64,000 bases of DNA, from positions 170,934,001 to 170,998,000 of the forward strand of contig OX597815.1 in assembly GCA_951406725.2 (NCBI GenBank), given 5' to 3'. This stretch comes from Octopus vulgaris. Lineage: Eukaryota. Under the pieces are notes generated by a model, which did no database searches, had not been told where the DNA came from, and saw nothing but the letters and a program-made list of their open reading frames with translations. Positions 15,056-26,164 of the stretch are shown piece by piece (the stretch's first letter is position 1; every line of letters starts with the position of its first letter). The position numbers were made by a program, and so were the translations under genes.

Positions 15056-15058
<3 letters not shown>

Positions 15059-15462
15059 CGCAGGAGTGGCTGTGTGGTAAGTAGCTTGCTAACCAACCAC
15101 ATGGTTCCGGGTTCAGTCCCACTGCGTGGCATCTTGGGCAAGTGTCTTCTACTATAGCCCCGGGACGACTAATGCCTTGTGAGTGGATTTAGTAGACGGA
15201 AACTGAAAGAAGCCTGTCGTATATATATGTATATATATATGTGTGTTTGTGTGTCTGTGTTTGTCCCCCCAACATCGCTTGACAACCGATGCTGGTGTGT
15301 TTACGTCCCCGTCACTTAGTGGTTCGGCAAAAGAGACCGATAGAATAAGTACTGGGCTTACAAAGAATAAGTCCCGGGGTCGAATTGCTCGACTAAAGGC
15401 GGTGCTCCAGCATGGCCGCAGTCAAATGACTGAAACAAGTAAAAGAGTAAAGAGTAAAAGAG
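15056..15462 (+). mobile_element. tRNA-derived SINE family 1 (CORE-like central motif, internal microsatellite), full copy
   Basis: Head GGCGCAGGAGTGGCTGTGTGGTAAG..GGTTCAGTCCC, then CTTGGGCAAGTGTCTT, internal (TA/TG)n and tail GACTGAAACAAGTAAAAGAG. Many homologous copies in the window. Confidence 0.85.
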
Positions 15463-15769
15463 TATGTGTGTATACACACACACACGCAACCACACATATA
15501 TACACACATATATATTTTTAAATATAACTCTAGAGCTTTTCTATAGAATTTAGAGTCAGCACTGCTACCAAAAAAAGTGGGACCCAATATTGACTTATGA
15601 ACCTTTAATGTGCATGCCGTCTAAAATGCTTGGCAGAATTTTGTCCGTCTTCACGTTCGGAGTTCAAACTCTGCCGAGGACAACTTTGCCTTTGATAATG
15701 ACGGAGATTTGTTCCCTTCTCCGAACTTGCTAGCCTTGTGCCAAAATTTGAAAATTATACTTAATATGT

Positions 15770-15827
<58 letters not shown>

Positions 15828-16071
15828 GTGTGTACATACTCACACTCATAATGTGTCATTGGATCCCCGTATTTCGACAATGAGGATTATCTGACCAACG
15901 GAATTACCTGCTCTTGAATTAAAATGTAAAGTGACTGATCATTCTACAGTGTAGCCTTAAAAAAATTCTCAAGCGTAATTAGCGCGACGCTGTACATTTT
16001 TTTATTATTTATAATCCACAAGAAGGCCTTCTATACAGTTTCCATCTACTAATGGATATCTATAGTAATCC

Positions 16072-16396
16072 ATGTACATTATTTACATTATTTACAATTG
16101 AAGTATATTTGTCCTCATCTTGTTTGTTAACACAACGTTTCGGCTGATATACCCTCCAACCTTCATCAGGTGTCTTGGAGAAATTTCGAACTTGGGTTCT
16201 CATTCCTAAGGTATTTTTGCATGTTGTTGTTATTAATTATTATTATTATTATTATTATTACTATTATTATTATTATTATTATTATTATTATCATTATTAT
16301 TATTATTATTATTCAGGGAACTGACTGGAATCGAACTCCGAATCTGTGGTTAGTAGCCCGGGCTCTTAACTACTACGCCGCATGCCCGGGTAGTGA

Positions 16397-16445
<49 letters not shown>

Positions 16446-16699
16446 CATAATAATAATAACAACAACAACAACAACAACAGCAGCAGTAGCAGCAACAACA
16501 ACAACAACAACAACAACAACATTGAAAAATACCTTAAGAATGAGAACCCAGGTTCGAAATTTCCCTAATACACTTGACGAAGGTTGGAAGGTATATCAGC
16601 CGAAACGTTGTGTTAACAAACAAGATGAGGACAAATATCCATCAATTGTAAATAATGTAAATAATGTACATAATTCCTCATCTCTTAAATATAGAACTG
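16072..16699. mobile_element. Palindromic non-autonomous retroelement, copy A: tRNA-derived head(s) + (AAT)n + PLE-type hammerhead tail in inverted arms
   Basis: 16072-16316 is the reverse complement of ~16397-16671. A complete tRNA-like head lies on the minus strand at ~16313-16390, while the plus head is mostly deleted. HHR-like motifs occur in both arms. The right arm has an extra ~28-nt tail ending ATAGAACTG. Imperfect 13-bp direct repeats flank it: tagtaatccatgt (16063-16075) and tattaattcatgt (16700-16712). Confidence 0.85.
16129..16174 (-). ncRNA. Minimal type I hammerhead ribozyme motif (PLE type)
   Basis: Minus strand: gACAC-CTGATGA-a-GGTTG gagggtatat CAGCC-GAAACGTT-GTGTt. Intact core, stem II, palindromic mini stem III (ACGT) and stem I ACAC/GTGT. 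Mutated sister copies are at 16569-16614, 20479-20524 and 22638-22683. Confidence 0.75.
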
Positions 16700-17178
16700 T
16701 ATTAATTCATGTGTAAGAGAACTTGCTGACATGAAAAATGAAGTTAAATTTGCAATAGGTTTTAAAGAACCGCTTTTTAAAGCTCTAGAATGTGACAAAA
16801 TGTGATCAATCGTAACCCATGCTAGCATCGATATTATAATAAACGCAAGGATTTCGCTAATAGTTTATGGCTATACTCTCTGAATTAAGAAATTCAGAAA
16901 TGAACCTCTCGATGTATCCATGGCTATCTATGACGTAGCGGACAACTCAGAATTTGCGAACTATATATCCTACAAACTTGAAAAGTTAAAATATAACACA
17001 CAGACCGGAGACACATTGTACTGCATAAAACAAATGGGTTTGGTTTGAATGAACTCAAAAAGACAATAATTACTATTTAGTGATTTAAAATTTACGATGT
17101 ATACAAATAAGTGGAATTTTCTAGATACAATACACAAGAAAAACACTACTAATGCCAGAAACCCAGGAAATAATTCAT

Positions 17179-17577
17179 AGGAGTGGCTGCGTGGTAAGTA
17201 GCTTGCTTACCAACCACATGGTTCCGGTTCATTCCCACTGCGTGGCACCTTGGGCAAGTATCTTGTACTATAGCCTCTGGCCGGCCAAAGCCTTGTGAGT
17301 AGATTTGGTAGGCGGAAACTGAAAGAAGCCCATCGTATATATGTATATATATGTGTTTGTGTGTATATATGTTTGTATGTCTGTGTTTGTTTGTCTCCCT
17401 CCCCAACATCGCTTGACAACCGATGGTGGTGTGTTTACGTCCCCGTAACTTAGCGGTTCGGCAAAAGAGACCGATGGAATAAGTACTAGGCTTCCAAAGA
17501 ATAAGTCCTTGGGTCGATTTGCTCGAATAAAGGCGGTACTCCAGCATGGCCGCAGTCAAATGACTGAAACAAGTAAA
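17179..17577 (+). mobile_element. SINE family 1 copy
   Basis: Colinear with 15056-15462. Confidence 0.85.
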
Positions 17578-18991
17578 CTTAATCAGGGGTTCGAAGCAGT
17601 CTCGATCATAAAGCACCTTGCAGACAACATAAGCAAACACACATCTAGTCTTTCTTTAGAACAAGAAATACGTAGTAACGCTGCCCCGTATGTAGGGGAT
17701 GTAACTAGAAGTTTTAACAATGCTGAAATATATCTAACAGCCACGTGAAATAATCCCAAGCAGAAAATGAAATATCTATTTTGTTTGTCTTTATAGTTTA
17801 AATTTATGCGTAACTTGTGTCACGCTGATATCACAAAATCTTCAACAAAATTCTGTGGCGGCTAGCTGTGTGTATCATTGATTTGCAAATCTCTAACCAC
17901 TGTCAAAAATCTACCACAAACACTCAATTCGAATGCAACTTGGAGTGACACGACAAGACGGCAGTGAGTTAGAAAACGCAGGCCATTAAGAAATAGCAAC
18001 AGAGATGTTTCTAAATTGAGTTAACTGTAAGTACTTTTAAAATTAGATATAGACGCCACACCAATTTATTTAGATATAGAAATAAGTGTGATACGAGACT
18101 GACTGACTCTAAAGCCGATACGAGTACATATTTTTACAAGTAAGTAGTTTACGTCTAAATTTTAGTTTGAGAGCTTTGTTTGTTAGAATTTTAGTGGGAA
18201 CATTGCGCAATAAAAGCAGAAGTTACATAGCTGACAAACACGAACTTCTGCAGGTGCGGAAGTTCATATATATGTTTTGTCTTGTCTAAATAAATCAATA
18301 TCAGAAACTATGTCTTCAGGATAAAATGATACTATACAAATAAATGTTTGTAAATTTGCTGTTAAAACATAGCAAGTCGGAGAACCGACAAAATCTTTAG
18401 CACGCTAGTCAAAATGTTTGGCGGCATTTTGTCCGGCATTTTATTCTGACTTCAGCTCCCGCGGAATATCTCCTTGCTTTTCAACCTTTCGGGGCCGATA
18501 ACAGAGGTACCACCTGAAAACTGGAATCGATTTAATCGACAAACCCCGCCTCCATAAGAATATCAGTTTTTGTACATATATTAGAAAACAGAGCCACACA
18601 TTCAATGAATCATTCTCAAATTATGTGTGTGTGTGTGTTCAAGTCTGTGTTTGAATGTCTGTATGTATTATTTCAGCTAAGGCATCTAGACACATATAAG
18701 CCTTATTGTGATTATTCTTGTAATAGAGCTCCAGCTCAATCTTGATCTGGCAGAACTATAGCGATCACTATCTTTCCTTTTCGTTTATAAAAGTCTATAC
18801 TGTGTAATGAAATCTTTCTTCAATTAAGGTTTCAAGGTGTGGTTTTTAGGAGTATTGATGAAGAGTATCGGTATTTCTTTTCTTGTAGTAAGGTAAGATT
18901 CCTTTGTTCGCTCCACAAGTACAGCCATCCGTCACTCTTCAATGAGTATGACTTGCTAATATGTACCATGCTTTCGTTAATTGTTTTTCAG

Positions 18992-19061
18992 GTGCCTATG
19001 CTGTCACCAGCAGATATAGACTTCTTCATGGGCAACCTCAACCCAGTAGACCATCCAGGAT
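18992..19061 (+). CDS. Candidate isolated host-gene exon (product unknown)
   Basis: Pyrimidine-rich acceptor TTGTTTTTCAG|G, then 70 nt of higher GC open in two frames (VPMLSPADIDFFMGNLNPVDHPG or AYAVTSRYRLLHGQPQPSRPSRM*), then a possible donor T|GTGAGA. Confidence 0.3.
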
Positions 19062-19068
19062 GTGAGAG

Positions 19069-19105
<37 letters not shown>

Positions 19106-20576
19106 TGTGAAAGAGAGAGAAAAAAAAAGAGAGAGAGAGAGAAGCGGAAGGGGAAGGAACGAACTGCAGCAGCACAACCTGGCTGGTAATCATAACAGAT
19201 GAGTAGAGTGGAACCACCGAGATTAGTGTGCCTTGCTTTATGAAACAACGCACTTCCTGGTCCAGAAACTGAGTCCACGACTTTACGGTCATATACCCAG
19301 CATCATAGCCCCTAAATCACACGCCTTCACCACTGAGAACATATACCAGTAGATCCCGTAGGCATCACTATAGTTTCCGACAAAGTAATATCCTCAAATT
19401 TTCTTGACACTACATTTTATTGCTGCAAAACATTGAAAAGTTGACAAAATATTTTGCACAAGTGTGTAAAATTATTGTACAATAATACATTGCCTCAATG
19501 CCAAAGCAGGGAAACACTGATATATACCCAGTGTATATTCGTAGGCCTTTTAATTGGTTTATTCTAAAGTTCTACATATATGACCCATGTTCGATCCTGC
19601 TGTTGCTGATAAGGAGGGCTTTAATAACTGCACCAATATTTGCTTACTTGACAGCGGTCAGATGAAGTAAGGTTGAATACTTGCTAATGAGGCAATAAAA
19701 TGTTTGTAGTGTTGGTGGTGAATTGTTTTGCTAAACAATGTCCTCGTTAGTAAAACTATAATAGCCAAGAGAGAGAGAAAGAGAGAGAGAGAGAGGGAGA
19801 GATGATAAGAGAAACAAGAGGGAGAGATGGGTGGGAGGAAATTTAAAAACAAATATAAAAAGAAACGGAACATAGGAAGAGAGACAGAGAGGTAATAGAT
19901 GGAAAGTGGTTGTTAGAGATAGGAGAGGTAGGTAGATCTGAATATTATGGAGAAATATAAAATAAATTGAGAAGCAATATTGTGGTAAGGTAAAATAAGA
20001 GAGATATAGTGAAGGGGAGAAGAAGAAGGATGGAGCGGACAAGGAAGCGTGGTTGTTCCATCGGGAAACTGTGACTATTCAAATGGAGAAAAGAAGTGCA
20101 TAAATTAAAAAGGCTAATGGAATATATACATACATAAGAGGGAAAGAGAATAAAGCAAAATGAGCGAGAGAGGACTGAGTGGGAGAGATACTGAGAAAGA
20201 CAGACTGAGAGAGAGAAATAAATAGATAGATATTAATTGATAAATTATACGCAACAGTCGTAGATGTATCGCCATATATATGTTTACACACACACACACA
20301 AACAGAAACATACATACACACAAACATATATATATGAAAATAATGGCGAACAGTGTTATTAACCAATTATTTATTATTGACGAAACTGTATTATAATTTC
20401 AGTTCTATATCTAAGAGTTGAGGAATTATGTACGTTATTTATATTTGACGGATATTTGTCCTCATCTTGTTTGTTGTTAACACAATGTTTCGGCTGATAT
20501 ACCCTCCAACCTTCATCAGGTGTCTTGGGAAAATTTCGAACCTGGGTTCTTATTCCTAAGGTATTATTCGATGTTG

Positions 20577-20652
<76 letters not shown>

Positions 20653-20656
<4 letters not shown>

Positions 20657-22319
20657 TAGTTTTATTTTTATAGCGTGCTTTCACTTCACTACCGAGCGCA
20701 GCTCTGTGTGCCTTGGGTATGTGCTGTGATTTGTTGTGATGCTCTGATGGTTATTGTATGGAAAGTGTTCTGCGTAGGATGTGTGCAGTGCCTAGTAGTG
20801 CAATTTTCTGTATGTTATATGTGTTTGTAAGTCCTGGTGTTTTTGTTATGCATTTGTCTGAATATTTTTTTATCATGCCTAATGCACCTACTATGATAGG
20901 AATTGTTTCTGTTTTCAGATTCCACATTCTAGTTACCACTATTTCCAGGTCTTTGTATTTTGAGAGTTTCTCCATTTCTTTTAGAGACACGTTGTCATCT
21001 GCCGGTATTGATACATCAATTAGAAAGCATTTTTTTTCTTCATGATCTCTGACAACTATATCTGGTCTGTTGGCCTTAATTTCTCTATCTGTGTGTATCG
21101 GCATATCCCAGAGTATGGTTGCTTTCTCGTTTTCTGTGACCTTTTCTGGTGTGTGCCTATACCATCTTTTTTCTGTTGTTATTCCATAATGTTGGCATAG
21201 CTTCCAATGTATGTAGGTTCCAAATCTGTCATGTCTGTGAATATATTCCTTCTTAGCCAGGACTGGGCAGCTAGAGATAATATGATTTATTGTTTCTTGT
21301 CCATCTCCACATATTCTGCAGTTACTTGTAATATTTCTTTTCATTACATGTTTTTGGTAATTTCTGGTGGGGAGGCTTTGGTCTTGTGCTGCAATTAAAA
21401 ATCCCTCTGTTTCTGCTTTGAGTCCTGAGCTTCTCAACCATTGCTGGGATTTTTCTTTGTCTATTTCTTTTGCGTTTAGTGTAGTATTTACCATGAAGGG
21501 GCTTTTCTTGCCATCGTTTTATCATGGTTCGTTGCTGTTCTATTTTTAGTTTGGATTTCATTTGTTTTATAGCTTTTGTTGTTTCTTCATCATCTTCTTC
21601 TTCTTCTTCGTGTTTATTAGGTGGTATGATTTCTTGTTTGTATTTGTCAGCTTCCTTAAATACTGAGAACAGTTTTTTTTGTTTTGCTCGTGTTTTGCTG
21701 CTATCTGGATCAGTTTTCCTTCCTTCTGAAGTAGGTATTTTTGCAGTACTATGGTATTTATTTCATAGTAGTTTTCCAGCTGTATAAGACCTCTACCACC
21801 TTCTATACGTTGTATATATAGTCTTTCTATGTCAGATTTTGGGTGATGCATCCTAGATCCTGTCAGTATTTTTCTTGTTTTCCTATCTATTTTGGACAGT
21901 TCATTTCGTGTCCAGTTAAGGATATTGTAGCTGTAACTTATAACTGGAACAGCTAAAGTGTTGATACCTATTATCTTGTTTTTAGCATTGAGCTCTGTTT
22001 TTAGTATTGATCTAACTCGTCTATAATATTCTTTTTTATTTTCTCTTTCATTTGTGTGTGTTGTGTCTTATCTAGTTCATGGATTCCTAAGTATTTGTAA
22101 GTTTGGCTTTGGTCTAATTCTTTTATTTCATTGGTTTTATCTAGTGTGATGTTGTTACTCTTAACTAGTTTTCCTCTTTTAATGGTTACTTTGGCGCATT
22201 TTTCTAATCCAAATTTCATATCTATTTCTTTGGTAAATCCATGAACTGTCTTTAATAGTGTTTCCAGCTGTTTGTCATTTGCAGCGTATAGTTTTAGGTC
22301 ATCCATATATAAATATGGA

Positions 22320-22320
<1 letters not shown>
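20653..22320 (-). mobile_element. 5'-truncated, frameshifted R4/Dong-clade non-LTR retrotransposon (RT C-terminal part + zinc knuckle + restriction-like endonuclease)
   Basis: LYMDDLKLY RT motif (22001-22306), ERLYIQRIEGGRGL, WQEKPLHGKY, CRICG..ETINHIISSC, RHD and RPDIV..LIDVSIP..EKLSKY (RLE) in 20751-21494. Flanked on both sides by (TAA)n, the known Dong target. Confidence 0.92.
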
Positions 22321-22382
<62 letters not shown>

Positions 22383-22383
22383 T

Positions 22384-22460
22384 CAGGTCACTGACGAGAA
22401 TCGAACTCGGAATCTTGGGGTTAGGTAGCCCGCGCGCTTAACCACTACGCCATATGACCC
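22384..22460 (-). promoter_or_regulatory. Second (divergent) tRNA-like SINE head with A and B boxes
   Basis: Reverse complement reads GGGTCATATGGCGTAGTGGTTAAGCGCGCGGGCTACCTAACCCCAAGATTCCGAGTTCGATTCTCGTCAGTGACCTG. GGGTCAT/GTGACCT can form an acceptor-like stem. Confidence 0.7.
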
Positions 22461-22461
22461 G

Positions 22462-22532
22462 GGGCATATGGTGTAGTGGTTAAGAGCGCGAGTTACTAAC
22501 CCCAAGATTTGGAGTTCGATTCCAGGCAATAA

Positions 22533-22537
<5 letters not shown>
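22462..22537 (+). promoter_or_regulatory. tRNA-Arg(ACG)-like SINE head with Pol III A and B boxes
   Basis: GGGCATATGGTGTAGTGGTTAAGAGCGCGAGTTACTAACCCCAAGATTTGGAGTTCGATTCCAGGC has A box TGGTGTAGTGG and B box GTTCGATTCC. By eye it resembles metazoan tRNA-Arg(ACG) (CTAC...AAGATTCC..GTTCGA.TCC.GGC in the family consensus). Confidence 0.7.
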
Positions 22538-22601
<64 letters not shown>

Positions 22602-22849
22602 CTTAGGAATGAGAACCCAGGTTCGACATTTCCCCAAGACACCTCATGAAGGCTAGAGGGTATATCAGCCGAAACGTTGTGTTAACAACAAACAATATGA
22701 GGACATATATCTGTCAAATGTAATTAATGTAAATAATATGTATTATAATTTGTCCAACAAAACGTAGCTTGCCGTGATCATACAGAAAACCATAGGAAGC
22801 AATGCATTTTCGAATTAATTGTGGTGATCGTTTTGAAGTTCTACAAGAT

Positions 22850-24190
22850 ATTTCGTAAATAAAATCCTTTAGCTAGGAAAAAAAATCAGTGAGATATACA
22901 CTTTATTGGGATTCACCTGTTTTGTAGACAAAATTCTTGATATTATGGCTGACATTTTTTATACAACATAGTAAATGATGTAAGATGCGTTGATTTAGCA
23001 CCTGATACCAGCATATTTGAGAAGGTTCCAATGATCCTCATTCGGCGTATTTGCCGTCACTTTATAAATTTTCGTTGGACTTTTTATTGAAGTGAGTATT
23101 CTTTATGAGTTTGTTAGAAAATTCTTCAGTTGAAACTTAAAATGGCTGGAGAATGTTTTGAAGGAGCCGTCGTCCATCGTTGTGGACAACGAAAGTTTGC
23201 CCTTCGAGATACAATGACAAATATAGAACCATTCCATAAAGTTTTGGATACTTTTAGAACATTTACATATTTCTTGAGGCCAGTGCCAAATGACGAAGAT
23301 TTTGAAAGCATAACGATCGATGGAAGTTAAATCTCTCATGCACTGAAATCTAGGTGCAAATACGTGGTCTCGTAGATATGAAAAAGTGTAAAATTAGATA
23401 TAACAATCACATGATATCGCAAATATATTCTGAAAAAGAATTACCTAGAGTTCAAAACATACGAGTAGCAATGCATTGTTGAATTCTATATGCGCTTTTA
23501 ACTGGTTGCACTGAAAATAATACTATCAAAGACAAACAACCTGTTATAACTGAAAGAACAGACAACAACCAAAGAAATTCTTGTAAGTTGTAGAAAAGAA
23601 GAAAACTTTGGAAATACGTTGAAGAGTTAGAAGATACTATCAAACAAATAATCCAAGGCACACAATTCTAATTCAAGAAAACAAAAGGTCTACGCAGAAA
23701 ATATGTACCTCGTCGATTGCAAACCCTAGTTAGTGAATCACCAATAGAGCTGTCACTAGTTCAATCTGGTAAAGACTGTCATCGCATATCTTCCTGTTAT
23801 TTCAGTTTGGATAGGATGGGTGTGGAAATGAAATCAAGATTTAATGCTAATGATCGAAGCATACTCTGTGTATTTGGGTGTTTACCTCCAGTCCTGGCGC
23901 AACAAGTTTCATCGCATTATGGAATTATGCTTTGAAAGGTACAAAAGGCCATCTACTCAAAGTTTGTGGCGGATCAATGCTTACCACCAAGTCTACAGGC
24001 AACTATTGCTGGGTTGTTGAAACTGTTGGCAAGAACAATCTTTATGGCCTTTTGCTGTCTTCAACAAAACTCTGATGAGTACAATACGTCACACACGACT
24101 AAACAGTGTAACAATACTGAATATCGAGCGAAAGTATGTCTCTTGGCAAAATTTTGACCACATAATTGATATTTTTGCTGGTAACAAAAG
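22850..24190 (+). pseudogene. Decayed hAT-superfamily transposase remnant
   Basis: YFSLDRMGVEMKSRFNAND (~23795-23855) and KTLMSTIRHTRLNSVTILNIERK (24066-24134) resemble the hAT C-terminal dimerization motif K..LRSTM...RL..L..L.IE. Many stops and frameshifts; boundaries approximate. Confidence 0.6.
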
Positions 24191-26114
24191 CGGAAAACAA
24201 TATTTCTTTCACGTTGTATGTTATGTAATTTGTGTTAACTGCATATAGTCGCTTGATATATTGTATTTTATTAGAAATTTGCATTGGTATTTGTGTTCTT
24301 ATATGTGTAATATTTGGGGCATGTGAAACCGTCTATCGCCCACTTAACCAATAAGCACATACTGCTAATAACACGACACACACATGCTTACACACATATG
24401 TGGTATATAATATATCTATATCAATATATATATAAGAAACAAAGAGAGAATGAATTATATGATTGCCAGAATGTTGACTGGCAATATGCATTAAAAGAGA
24501 AAACATAAACTGAGTCTATGCATTGAAAGAATGAAGAAGCATAAGGAGAAAACATGCTGGTGCTAAAATTAAGAATAAGGGATAAAGTGAAGAGTAGACA
24601 AACAACAGAAGCTTTTGCTGTGTTTGTTAAACCAGAAGTCAACCCTAGAATGAATACTTCAGCTGTCATTATCCCATCATTCATTTAGAGACTATATGTA
24701 GGACTACATTATCCAACGACTGCTCTCTTTTATTAGACAGTTGATGCTATTTAAAGTTAAATTTGGCTGCTGTTGTTGGCAAGTCAATCAAGGGCACAAA
24801 GGTCGTCTCGTTAGCTCACGCGGTAGACTGCTGTGTATATGTGCGAAAGAGTAGAATGAAAAGAAAGGGACAGAATTGCATAGATTCTTTAAACGACAAT
24901 TTGGGCGCATTTGTCTGTCGCAGGAGCTAGATTTGCATCTAGAAGGTTCCTCTCTAAGGCTTTGATGACATTTTATATTTTAATAGAAATCCAGCAGTTA
25001 CACATATATGCAAGCCTCCTGTTTTCGAGCCACCGATGTTGTCCGGGGAAAAGGCTAGGGTTGAAATAGCATGGCACCAGTATTGTCACATTCGTTACTA
25101 TCAAATCGAAGATGGTGACAATAACAAGATCAAAAGCTCCCGCCCATACAGTAACAAATAACCAAAACTAGTACAGAAAGTTTGAAAGGTGATGTTGAGC
25201 TCTGTGTAGTTTGAATTCGGAGCACAGAGAGAAGGAAAAAGATTGCAAGACATTTTATGAAATGCACAACGACACTTCTAATTTGTCGCGTCAAAAGCGT
25301 TGATTGGAATGGAAGAAAGGGAGAGGAATGGCAAGTATAAAGAGTAACCGAAATATAGGTGAGAATGAATAAGTGATAAATAGTAAAACGTAGTTTAGAG
25401 TAAGTTTGTTTTTTTTTGTGTTGTCATTTATTGCAGATATGCTCATTTATACTGTTACACTTTTTAAGGATATTCAAAACTATGTTATCTATGCTGTCTT
25501 TTTTTTTTTAAGAATGTAAAAGTGCAATTTGAGAGAAATTTGAATGTCATTTGTATTGATACTCAATCGTTAGATCGAAGCATATTGGATAACGAAATAG
25601 GGTTATTGGTTAGAAAGGCAGACAAAAAGACATTATATTGAGTGCTTTAGTCAAAAGTGATGTTTGTGATAATCAAATAGAGAGAGATTGAATAAGGAGA
25701 GAAATAGACACTGAGCAAGTAAAGACAGATAGTGGAGAAAATGAAAGATATTAGAGAGACGGATAGAGATATAAAACGAAGAAAAATAAACAGGAAAACG
25801 TGATGTGATGAAGAAAAGGAGAATGTGAACGTAATTCCCGTATACTAAGGTCAGGTAAGGGATGGGGACGATTTAAGCTATGGAGGTGAAATAGATGTGT
25901 ATGCGCGCATGTGAATGACTTTGAGAAGTATTTTTACACGATCCCTTCAGTTTAAGTCCTGGAGAACACGAAGATTACCAATCTTTATCACTATATATAC
26001 AGTGTAGGTTAGGCTCTGTGGTTACGAAGTTAGCATCACAACCACAATCTTCTAGGTTGGATCCCACAGAGCGCTATACACATACACTCACAAACACACA
26101 TACACACACACGCA

Positions 26115-26164
<50 letters not shown>

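Larger units (their letters stand above)
20400..22738. mobile_element. Palindromic tRNA-head/hammerhead-tail element, copy B, interrupted by a Dong-like LINE
   Basis: Same arms as copy A. Two complete divergent tRNA-like heads surround CCCGGG (22458-22463). A perfect 13-bp direct repeat TGTATTATAATTT lies at 20387-20399 and 22739-22751. The left arm carries the extra terminal tail. Confidence 0.88.

Noticed and set aside
22384-22537. Functional tRNA genes
   Set aside because: Anticodon and D arms pair poorly, there is no oligo-T terminator, and they are embedded in a repeated element; treated as SINE heads.
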